NCBI GenBank assembly: GCA_965644315.1
Contig: CBFFRQ010000020.1
Coordinates: 186,001-250,000 of the forward strand
From: Caecitellus pseudoparvulus
Taxonomy: Eukaryota; Protista; Bigyra: Bicosoecida
Length of the DNA: 64,000 nucleotides
Direction of reading: 5' to 3'
Shown: in pieces, positions 27,501 through 39,500 of the stretch
How the letters are laid out: each line of letters begins with the position of its first letter
Position numbering within the stretch: position 1 is the stretch's first letter
Translations under genes and position numbers: made by a program
Notes under the pieces: generated by a model
Told to the model about the DNA's origin: nothing
The model's input: the letters and a program-made list of their open reading frames with translations, nothing else
The model's database searches: none

Positions 27501-30500
27501 ACGCCAGTGTCACGGCCCCGCTGCTGCCCGACTGTGTCGTGCCAGTGCTCAGCACCAGCGACCCCGACACGCCCGTGCCCACAGCGTTGGCACTGCGCAC
27601 CACCACTGCACCAGTGCTGGACACCGCACCACTCCCGCTCACCACACTCACCACACCCCCCACACTGCCACCAGCAGTGCTGGCGCCAGCTGACACGTAC
27701 ACGTGCCCGCCGTCGCCCTGGTCAGTGCCGCCCACAGTCATGGACATGCTGCCGGCGGCCCCCGATGTGGCGGCCCCCGTGGCCATGTGCAGGTACCCGG
27801 CGTCGCCCGTGAGCGCGGTGCCAGTGCTCAGCACCATGGCGCCGCTGTCGCCCGATGTCGACCCGCCCGACGCCAGTGTGACGGCCCCGCTGCTGCCCGA
27901 CTGTGTCGTGCCAGTGCTCAGCACCATGGCGCCGCTGTCGCCCGATGTCGACCCGCCCGACGCCAGTGTCACGGCCCCGCTGCTGCCCGACTGTGTCGTG
28001 CCAGTGCTCAGCACCAGCGACCCCGACACGCCCGTGCCCACAGCGTTGGCACTGCGCACCACCACTGCACCAGTGCTGGACACCGCACCACTCCCGCTCA
28101 CCACACTCACCACACCGCCCACACTGCCACCAGCAGTGCTGGCGCCAGCTGACACGTACACGTGCCCGCCGTCGCCCTGGTCAGTGCCGCCCACAGTCAT
28201 GGACATGCTGCCGGCGGCCCCCGATGTGGCGGCCCCCGTGGCCATGTGCAGGTACCCGGCGTCGCCCGTGAGCGCGGTGCCAGTGCTCAGCACCATGGCG
28301 CCGCTGTCGCCCGATGTCGACCCGCCCGACGCCAGTGTGACGGCCCCGCTGCTGCCCGACTGTGTCGTGCCAGTGCTCAGCACCAGCGACCCCGACACAC
28401 CCGTGCCCACAGCGTTGGCACTGCGCACCACCACTGCACCAGTGCTGGACACCGCACCACTCCCGCTCACCACACTCACCACACCCCCCACACTGCCACC
28501 AGCAGTGCTGGCGCCAGCTGACACGTACACGTGCCCGCCGTCGCCCTGGTCAGTGCCGCCCACAGTCATGGACATGCTGCCGGCGACCCCCGATGTGGCG
28601 GCCCCCGTGGCCATGTGCAGGTACCCGGCGTCGCCCGTGAGCGCGGTGCCAGTGCTCAGCACCATGGCGCCGCTGTCGCCCGATGTCGACCCGCCCGACG
28701 CCAGTGTGACGGCCCCGCTGCTGCCCGACTGTGTCGTGCCAGTGCTCAGCACCATGGCGCCGCTGTCGCCCGATGTCGACCCGCCCGACGCCAGTGTGAC
28801 GGCCCCGCTGCTGCCCGACTGTGTCGTGCCAGTGCTCAGCACCAGCGACCCCGACACGCCCGTGCCCACAGCGTTGGCACTGCGCACCACCACTGCACCA
28901 GTGCTGGACACCGCACCACTCCCGCTCACCACACTCACCACACCCCCCACACTGCCACCAGCAGTGCTGGCGCCAGCTGACACGTACAGGTGCCCGCCGT
29001 CGCCCTGGTCAGTGCCGCCCACAGTCATGGACATGCTGCCGGCGGCCCCCGATGTGGCGGCCCCCGTGGCCATGTGCAGGTACCCGGCGTCGCCCGTGAG
29101 CGCGGTGCCAGTGCTCAGCACCATGGCGCCGCTGTCGCCCGATGTCGACCCGCCCGACGCCAGTGTCACGGCCCCGCTGCTGCCCGACTGTGTCGTGCCA
29201 GTGCTCAGCACCAGCGACCCCGACACGCCCGTGCCCACAGCGTTGGCACTGCGCACCACCACTGCACCAGTGCTGGACACCGCACCACTCCCGCTCACCA
29301 CACTCACCACACCCCCCACACTGCCACCAGCAGTGCTGGCGCCAGCTGACACGTACAGGTGCCCGCCGTCGCCCTGGTCAGTGCCGCCCACAGTCATGGA
29401 CATGCTGCCGGCGGCCCCCGATGTGGCGGCCCCCGTGGCCATGTGCAGGTACCCGGCGTCGCCCGTGAGCGCGGTGCCAGTGCTCAGCACCATGGCGCCG
29501 CTGTCGCCCGATGTCGACCCGCCCGACGCCAGTGTGACGGCCCCGCTGCTGCCCGACTGTGTCGTGCCAGTGCTCAGCACCATGGCGCCGCTGTCGCCCG
29601 ATGTCGACCCGCCCGACGCCAGTGTCACGGCCCCGCTGCTGCCCGACTGTGTCGTGCCAGTGCTCAGCACCAGCGACCCCGACACACCCGTGCCCACAGC
29701 GTTGGCACTGCGCACCACCACTGCACCAGTGCTGGACACCGCACCACTCCCGCTCACCACACTCACCACACCGCCCACACTGCCACCAGCAGTGCTGGCG
29801 CCAGCTGACACGTACACGTGCCCGCCGTCGCCCTGGTCAGTGCCGCCCACAGTCATGGACATGCTGCCGGCGGCCCCCGATGTGGCGGCCCCCGTGGCCA
29901 TGTGCAGGTACCCGGCGTCGCCCGTGAGCGCGGTGCCAGTGCTCAGCACCATGGCGCCGCTGTCGCCCGATGTCGACCCGCCCGACGCCAGTGTGACGGC
30001 CCCGCTGCTGCCCGACTGTGTCGTGCCAGTGCTCAGCACCATGGCGCCGCTGTCGCCCGATGTCGACCCGCCCGACGCCAGTGTCACGGCCCCGCTGCTG
30101 CCCGACTGTGTCGTGCCAGTGCTCAGCACCAGCGACCCCGACACGCCCGTGCCCACAGCGTTGGCACTGCGCACCACCACTGCACCAGTGCTGGACACCG
30201 CACCACTCCCGCTCACCACACTCACCACACCGCCCACACTGCCACCAGCAGTGCTGGCGCCAGCTGACACGTACACGTGCCCGCCGTCGCCCTGGTCAGT
30301 GCCGCCCACAGTCATGGACATGCTGCCGGCGGCCCCCGATGTGGCGGCCCCCGTGGCCATGTGCAGGTACCCGGCGTCGCCCGTGAGCGCGGTGCCAGTG
30401 CTCAGCACCATGGCGCCGCTGTCGCCCGATGTCGACCCGCCCGACGCCAGTGTCACGGCCCCGCTGCTGCCCGACTGTGTCGTGCCAGTGCTCAGCACCA

Positions 30501-33500
30501 GCGACCCCGACACGCCCGTGCCCACAGCGTTGGCACTGCGCACCACCACTGCACCAGTGCTGGACACCGCACCACTCCCGCTCACCACACTCACCACACC
30601 GCCCACACTGCCACCAGCAGTGCTGGCGCCAGCTGACACGTACACGTGCCCGCCGTCGCCCTGGTCAGTGCCGCCCACAGTCATGGACATGCTGCCGGCG
30701 ACCCCCGATGTGGCGGCCCCCGTGGCCATGTGCAGGTACCCGGCGTCGCCCGTGAGCGCGGTGCCAGTGCTCAGCACCATGGCGCCGCTGTCGCCCGATG
30801 TCGACCCGCCCGACGCCAGTGTCACGGCCCCGCTGCTGCCCGACTGTGTCGTGCCAGTGCTCAGCACCATGGCGCCGCTGTCGCCCGATGTCGACCCGCC
30901 CGACGCCAGTGTCACGGCCCCGCTGCTGCCCGACTGTGTCGTGCCAGTGCTCAGCACCAGCGACCCCGACACGCCCGTGCCCACAGCGTTGGCACTGCGC
31001 ACCACCACTGCACCAGTGCTGGACACCGCACCACTCCCGCTCACCACACTCACCACACCCCCCACACTGCCACCAGCAGTGCTGGCGCCAGCTGACACGT
31101 ACACGTGCCCGCCGTCGCCCTGGTCAGTGCCGCCCACAGTCATGGACATGCTGCCGGCGACCCCCGATGTGGCGGCCCCCGTGGCCATGTGCAGGTACCC
31201 GGCGTCGCCCGTGAGCGCGGTGCCAGTGCTCAGCACCATGGCGCCGCTGTCGCCCGATGTCGACCCGCCCGACGCCAGTGTGACGGCCCCGCTGCTGCCC
31301 GACTGTGTCGTGCCAGTGCTCAGCACCATGGCGCCGCTGTCGCCCGATGTCGACCCGCCCGACGCCAGTGTCACGGCCCCGCTGCTGCCCGACTGTGTCG
31401 TGCCAGTGCTCAGCACCAGCGACCCCGACACGCCCGTGCCCACAGCGTTGGCACTGCGCACCACCACTGCACCAGTGCTGGACACCGCACCACTCCCGCT
31501 CACCACACTCACCACACCGCCCACACTGCCACCAGCAGTGCTGGCGCCAGCTGACACGTACACGTGCCCGCCGTCGCCCTGGTCAGTGCCGCCCACAGTC
31601 ATGGACATGCTGCCGGCGGCCCCCGATGTGGCGGCCCCCGTGGCCATGTGCAGGTACCCGGCGTCGCCCGTGAGCGCGGTGCCAGTGCTCAGCACCATGG
31701 CGCCGCTGTCGCCCGATGTCGACCCGCCCGACGCCAGTGTGACGGCCCCGCTGCTGCCCGACTGTGTCGTGCCAGTGCTCAGCACCATGGCGCCGCTGTC
31801 GCCCGATGTCGACCCGCCCGACGCCAGTGTCACGGCCCCGCTGCTGCCCGACTGTGTCGTGCCAGTGCTCAGCACCAGCGACCCCGACACACCCGTGCCC
31901 ACAGCGTTGGCACTGCGCACCACCACTGCACCAGTGCTGGACACCGCACCACTCCCGCTCACCACACTCACCACACCGCCCACACTGCCACCAGCAGTGC
32001 TGGCGCCAGCTGACACGTACACGTGCCCGCCGTCGCCCTGGTCAGTGCCGCCCACAGTCATGGACATGCTGCCGGCGACCCCCGATGTGGCGGCCCCCGT
32101 GGCCATGTGCAGGTACCCGGCGTCGCCCGTGAGCGCGGTGCCAGTGCTCAGCACCATGGCGCCGCTGTCGCCCGATGTCGACCCGCCCGACGCCAGTGTG
32201 ACGGCCCCGCTGCTGCCCGACTGTGTCGTGCCAGTGCTCAGCACCAGCGACCCCGACACGACCCGCTGCCCACAGCGTTGGCACTGCGCACCACCACTGC
32301 ACCAGTGCTGGACACCGCACCACTCCCGCTCACCACACTCACCACACCCCCCACACTGCCACCAGCAGTGCTGGCGCCAGCTGACACGTACACGTGCCCG
32401 CCGTCGCCCTGGTCAGTGCCGCCCACAGTCATGGACATGCTGCCGGCGGCCCCCGATGTGGCGGCCCCCGTGGCCATGTGCAGGTACCCGGCGTCGCCCG
32501 TGAGCGCGGTGCCAGTGCTCAGCACCATGGCGCCGCTGTCGCCCGATGTCGACCCGCCCGACGCCAGTGTGACGGCCCCGCTGCTGCCCGACTGTGTCGT
32601 GCCAGTGCTCAGCACCATGGCGCCGCTGTCGCCCGATGTCGACCCGCCCGACGCCAGTGTCACGGCCCCGCTGCTGCCCGACTGTGTCGTGCCAGTGCTC
32701 AGCACCAGCGACCCCGACACGCCCGTGCCCACAGCGTTGGCACTGCGCACCACCACTGCACCAGTGCTGGACACCGCACCACTCCCGCTCACCACACTCA
32801 CCACACCCCCCACACTGCCACCAGCAGTGCTGGCGCCAGCTGACACGTACACGTGCCCGCCGTCGCCCTGGTCAGTGCCGCCCACAGTCATGGACATGCT
32901 GCCGGCGACCCCCGATGTGGCGGCCCCCGTGGCCATGTGCAGGTACCCGGCGTCGCCCGTGAGCGCGGTGCCAGTGCTCAGCACCATGGCGCCGCTGTCG
33001 CCCGATGTCGACCCGCCCGACGCCAGTGTGACGGCCCCGCTGCTGCCCGACTGTGTCGTGCCAGTGCTCAGCACCATGGCGCCGCTGTCGCTCGATGTCG
33101 ACCCGCCCGACGCCAGTGTGACGGCCCCGCTGCTGCCCGACTGTGTCGTGCCAGTGCTCAGCACCAGCGACCCCGACACGCCCGTGCCCACAGCGTTGGC
33201 ACTGCGCACCACCACTGCACCAGTGCTGGACACCGCACCACTCCCGCTCACCACACTCACCACACCCCCCACACTGCCACCAGCAGTGCTGGCGCCAGCT
33301 GACACGTACACGTGCCCGCCGTCGCCCTGGTCAGTGCCGCCCACAGTCATGGACATGCTGCCGGCGGCCCCCGATGTGGCGGCCCCCGTGGCCATGTGCA
33401 GGTACCCGGCGTCGCCCGTGAGCGCGGTGCCAGTGCTCAGCACCATGGCGCCGCTGTCGCCCGATGTCGACCCGCCCGACGCCAGTGTGACGGCCCCGCT

Positions 33501-36500
33501 GCTGCCCGACTGTGTCGTGCCAGTGCTCAGCACCATGGCGCCGCTGTCGCCCGATGTCGACCCGCCCGACGCCAGTGTGACGGCCCCGCTGCTGCCCGAC
33601 TGTGTCGTGCCAGTGCTCAGCACCAGCGACCCCGACACGCCCGTGCCCACAGCGTTGGCACTGCGCACCACCACTGCACCAGTGCTGGACACCGCACCAC
33701 TCCCGCTCACCACACTCACCACACCGCCCACACTGCCACCAGCAGTGCTGGCGCCAGCTGACACGTACACGTGCCCGCCGTCGCCCTGGTCAGTGCCGCC
33801 CACAGTCATGGACATGCTGCCGGCGGCCCCCGATGTGGCGGCCCCCGTGGCCATGTGCAGGTACCCGGCGTCGCCCGTGAGCGCGGTGCCAGTGCTCAGC
33901 ACCATGGCGCCGCTGTCGCCCGATGTCGACCCGCCCGACGCCAGTGTGACGGCCCCGCTGCTGCCCGACTGTGTCGTGCCAGTGCTCAGCACCATGGCGC
34001 CGCTGTCGCCCGATGTCGACCCGCCCGACGCCAGTGTCACGGCCCCGCTGCTGCCCGACTGTGTCGTGCCAGTGCTCAGCACCAGCGACCCCGACACGCC
34101 CGTGCCCACAGCGTTGGCACTGCGCACCACCACTGCACCAGTGCTGGACACCGCACCACTCCCGCTCACCACACTCACCACACCCCCCACACTGCCACCA
34201 GCAGTGCTGGCGCCAGCTGACACGTACACGTGCCCGCCGTCGCCCTGGTCAGTGCCGCCCACAGTCATGGACATGCTGCCGGCGGCCCCCGATGTGGCGG
34301 CCCCCGTGGCCATGTGCAGGTACCCGGCGTCGCCCGTGAGCGCGGTGCCAGTGCTCAGCACCATGGCGCCGCTGTCGCCCGATGTCGACCCGCCCGACGC
34401 CAGTGTGACGGCCCCGCTGCTGCCCGACTGTGTCGTGCCAGTGCTCAGCACCAGCGACCCCGACACACCCGTGCCCACAGCGTTGGCACTGCGCACCACC
34501 ACTGCACCAGTGCTGGACACCGCACCACTCCCGCTCACCACACTCACCACACCCCCCACACTGCCACCAGCAGTGCTGGCGCCAGCTGACACGTACACGT
34601 GCCCGCCGTCGCCCTGGTCAGTGCCGCCCACAGTCATGGACATGCTGCCGGCGGCCCCCGATGTGGCGGCCCCCGTGGCCATGTGCAGGTACCCGGCGTC
34701 GCCCGTGAGCGCGGTGCCAGTGCTCAGCACCATGGCGCCGCTGTCGCCCGATGTCGACCCGCCCGACGCCAGTGTGACGGCCCCGCTGCTGCCCGACTGT
34801 GTCGTGCCAGTGCTCAGCACCATGGCGCCGCTGTCGCCCGATGTCGACCCGCCCGACGCCAGTGTCACGGCCCCGCTGCTGCCCGACTGTGTCGTGCCAG
34901 TGCTCAGCACCAGCGACCCCGACACACCCGTGCCCACAGCGTTGGCACTGCGCACCACCACTGCACCAGTGCTGGACACCGCACCACTCCCGCTCACCAC
35001 ACTCACCACACCCCCCACACTGCCACCAGCAGTGCTGGCGCCAGCTGACACGTACACGTGCCCGCCGTCGCCCTGGTCAGTGCCGCCCACAGTCATGGAC
35101 ATGCTGCCGGCGGCCCCCGATGTGGCGGCCCCCGTGGCCATGTGCAGGTACCCGGCGTCGCCCGTGAGCGCGGTGCCAGTGCTCAGCACCATGGCGCCGC
35201 TGTCGCCCGATGTCGACCCGCCCGACGCCAGTGTGACGGCCCCGCTGCTGCCCGACTGTGTCGTGCCAGTGCTCAGCACCATGGCGCCGCTGTCGCCCGA
35301 TGTCGACCCGCCCGACGCCAGTGTGACGGCCCCGCTGCTGCCCGACTGTGTCGTGCCAGTGCTCAGCACCAGCGACCCCGACACGCCCGTGCCCACAGCG
35401 TTGGCACTGCGCACCACCACTGCACCAGTGCTGGACACCGCACCACTCCCGCTCACCACACTCACCACACCCCCCACACTGCCACCAGCAGTGCTGGCGC
35501 CAGCTGACACGTACACGTGCCCGCCGTCGCCCTGGTCAGTGCCGCCCACAGTCATGGACATGCTGCCGGCGGCCCCCGATGTGGCGGCCCCCGTGGCCAT
35601 GTGCAGGTACCCGGCGTCGCCCGTGAGCGCGGTGCCAGTGCTCAGCACCATGGCGCCGCTGTCGCCCGATGTCGACCCGCCCGACGCCAGTGTCACGGCC
35701 CCGCTGCTGCCCGACTGTGTCGTGCCAGTGCTCAGCACCAGCGACCCCGACACGCCCGTGCCCACAGCGTTGGCACTGCGCACCACCACTGCACCAGTGC
35801 TGGACACCGCACCACTCCCGCTCACCACACTCACCACACCGCCCACACTGCCACCAGCAGTGCTGGCGCCAGCTGACACGTACACGTGCCCGCCGTCGCC
35901 CTGGTCAGTGCCGCCCACAGTCATGGACATGCTGCCGGCGGCCCCCGATGTGGCGGCCCCCGTGGCCATGTGCAGGTACCCGGCGTCGCCCGTGAGCGCG
36001 GTGCCAGTGCTCAGCACCATGGCGCCGCTGTCGCCCGATGTCGACCCGCCCGACGCCAGTGTCACGGCCCCGCTGCTGCCCGACTGTGTCGTGCCAGTGC
36101 TCAGCACCATGGCGCCGCTGTCGCCCGATGTCGACCCGCCCGACGCCAGTGTGACGGCCCCGCTGCTGCCCGACTGTGTCGTGCCAGTGCTCAGCACCAG
36201 CGACCCCGACACGCCCGTGCCCACAGCGTTGGCACTGCGCACCACCACTGCACCAGTGCTGGACACCGCACCACTCCCGCTCACCACACTCACCACACCG
36301 CCCACACTGCCACCAGCAGTGCTGGCGCCAGCTGACACGTACAGGTGCCCGCCGTCGCCCTGGTCAGTGCCGCCCACAGTCATGGACATGCTGCCGGCGG
36401 CCCCCGATGTGGCGGCCCCCGTGGCCATGTGCAGGTACCCGGCGTCGCCCGTGAGCGCGGTGCCAGTGCTCAGCACCATGGCGCCGCTGTCGCCCGATGT

Positions 36501-39500
36501 CGACCCGCCCGACGCCAGTGTCACGGCCCCGCTGCTGCCCGACTGTGTCGTGCCAGTGCTCAGCACCATGGCGCCGCTGTCGCCCGATGTCGACCCGCCC
36601 GACGCCAGTGTCACGGCCCCGCTGCTGCCCGACTGTGTCGTGCCAGTGCTCAGCACCAGCGACCCCGACACGCCCGTGCCCACAGCGTTGGCACTGCGCA
36701 CCACCACTGCACCAGTGCTGGACACCGCACCACTCCCGCTCACCACACTCACCACACCGCCCACACTGCCACCAGCAGTGCTGGCGCCAGCTGACACGTA
36801 CACGTGCCCGCCGTCGCCCTGGTCAGTGCCGCCCACAGTCATGGACATGCTGCCGGCGGCCCCCGATGTGGCGGCCCCCGTGGCCATGTGCAGGTACCCG
36901 GCGTCGCCCGTGAGCGCGGTGCCAGTGCTCAGTACCATGGCGCCGCTGTCGCCCGATGTCGACCCGCCCGACGCCAGTGTCACGGCCCCGCTGCTGCCCG
37001 ACTGTGTCGTGCCAGTGCTCAGCACCAGCGACCCCGACACGCCCGTGCCCACAGCGTTGGCACTGCGCACCACCACTGCACCAGTGCTGGACACCGCACC
37101 ACTCCCGCTCACCACACTCACCACACCCCCCACACTGCCACCAGCAGTGCTGGCGCCAGCTGACACGTACACGTGCCCGCCGTCGCCCTGGTCAGTGCCG
37201 CCCACAGTCATGGACATGCTGCCGGCGGCCCCCGATGTGGCGGCCCCCGTGGCCATGTGCAGGTACCCGGCGTCGCCCGTGAGCGCGGTGCCAGTGCTCA
37301 GCACCATGGCGCCGCTGTCGCCCGATGTCGACCCGCCCGACGCCAGTGTGACGGCTCCGCTGCTGCCCGACTGTGTCGTGCCAGTGCTCAGCACCATGGC
37401 GCCGCTGTCGCCCGATGTCGACCCGCCCGACGCCAGTGTGACGGCCCCGCTGCTGCCCGACTGTGTCGTGCCAGTGCTCAGCACCAGCGACCCCGACACG
37501 CCCGTGCCCACAGCGTTGGCACTGCGCACCACCACTGCACCAGTGCTGGACACCGCACCACTCCCGCTCACCACACTCACCACACCCCCCACACTGCCAC
37601 CAGCAGTGCTGGCGCCAGCTGACACGTACACGTGCCCGCCGTCGCCCTGGTCAGTGCCGCCCACAGTCATGGACATGCTGCCGGCGGCCCCCGATGTGGC
37701 GGCCCCCGTGGCCATGTGCAGGTACCCGGCGTCGCCCGTGAGCGCGGTGCCAGTGCTCAGCACCATGGCGCCGCTGTCGCCCGATGTCGACCCGCCCGAC
37801 GCCAGTGTCACGGCCCCGCTGCTGCCCGACTGTGTCGTGCCAGTGCTCAGCACCATGGCGCCGCTGTCGCCCGATGTCGACCCGCCCGACGCCAGTGTGA
37901 CGGCCCCGCTGCTGCCCGACTGTGTCGTGCCAGTGCTCAGCACCAGCGACCCCGACACGCCCGTGCCCACAGCGTTGGCACTGCGCACCACCACTGCACC
38001 AGTGCTGGACACCGCACCACTCCCGCTCACCACACTCACCACACCGCCCACACTGCCACCAGCAGTGCTGGCGCCAGCTGACACGTACACGTGCCCGCCG
38101 TCGCCCTGGTCAGTGCCGCCCACAGTCATGGACATGCTGCCGGCGGCCCCCGATGTGGCGGCCCCCGTGGCCATGTGCAGGTACCCGGCGTCGCCCGTGA
38201 GCGCGGTGCCAGTGCTCAGTACCATGGCGCCGCTGTCGCCCGATGTCGACCCGCCCGACGCCAGTGTGACGGCCCCGCTGCTGCCCGACTGTGTCGTGCC
38301 AGTGCTCAGCACCAGCGACCCCGACACACCCGTGCCCACAGCGTTGGCACTGCGCACCACCACTGCACCAGTGCTGGACACCGCACCACTCCCGCTCACC
38401 ACACTCACCACACCCCCCACACTGCCACCAGCAGTGCTGGCGCCAGCTGACACGTACACGTGCCCGCCGTCGCCCTGGTCAGTGCCGCCCACAGTCATGG
38501 ACATGCTGCCGGCGACCCCCGATGTGGCGGCCCCCGTGGCCATGTGCAGGTACCCGGCGTCGCCCGTGAGCGCGGTGCCAGTGCTCAGCACCATGGCGCC
38601 GCTGTCGCCCGATGTCGACCCGCCCGACGCCAGTGTGACGGCCCCGCTGCTGCCCGACTGTGTCGTGCCAGTGCTCAGCACCATGGCGCCGCTGTCGCCC
38701 GATGTCGACCCGCCCGACGCCAGTGTCACGGCCCCACTGCTGCCCGACTGTGTCGTGCCAGTGCTCAGCACCAGCGACCCCGACACGCCCGTGCCCACAG
38801 CGTTGGCACTGCGCACCACCACTGCACCAGTGCTGGACACCGCACCACTCCCGCTCACCACACTCACCACACCGCCCACACTGCCACCAGCAGTGCTGGC
38901 GCCAGCTGACACGTACACGTGCCCGCCGTCGCCCTGGTCAGTGCCGCCCACAGTCATGGACATGCTGCCGGCGGCCCCCGATGTGGCGGCCCCCGTGGCC
39001 ATGTGCAGGTACCCGTTAGCACCAAAGGTAGACCCTCCTGTCCTTATAGAGACGTACCCTGAGCTACTTTGAAGTCCACCACCAGAAAATATACCTATCC
39101 CTCCGCTTGACCCTTGGTTAGATGAACCGGAATGAAGTGATACAGATCCCGACCTATCATTCATACTTCGTCCAGATTCGAGATGAAGGTTTCCACTCCC
39201 TCCATATGATGCCGCACCAGAACGTATTACCAAAAAGCCAGAACTAGCTATAAACGAAGACCCGACAGCGTTGGCACTGCGCACCACCACTGCACCAGTG
39301 CTGGACACCGCACCACTCCCGCTCACCACACTCACCACACCCCCCACACTGCCACCAGCAGTGCTGGCGCCAGCTGACACGTACACGTGCCCGCCGTCGC
39401 CCTGGTCAGTGCCGCCCACAGTCATGGACATGCTGCCGGCGGCCCCCGATGTGGCGGCCCCCGTGGCCATGTGCAGGTACCCGGCGTCGCCCGTGAGCGC

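Noticed and set aside
12586-32266. Programmed frameshifting, phase variation or pseudogenisation
   Set aside because: There is no slippery or homopolymer tract specific to these units. Each site has two nearby single insertions that mix known alleles, which fits consensus error better. Not fully excluded without reads.
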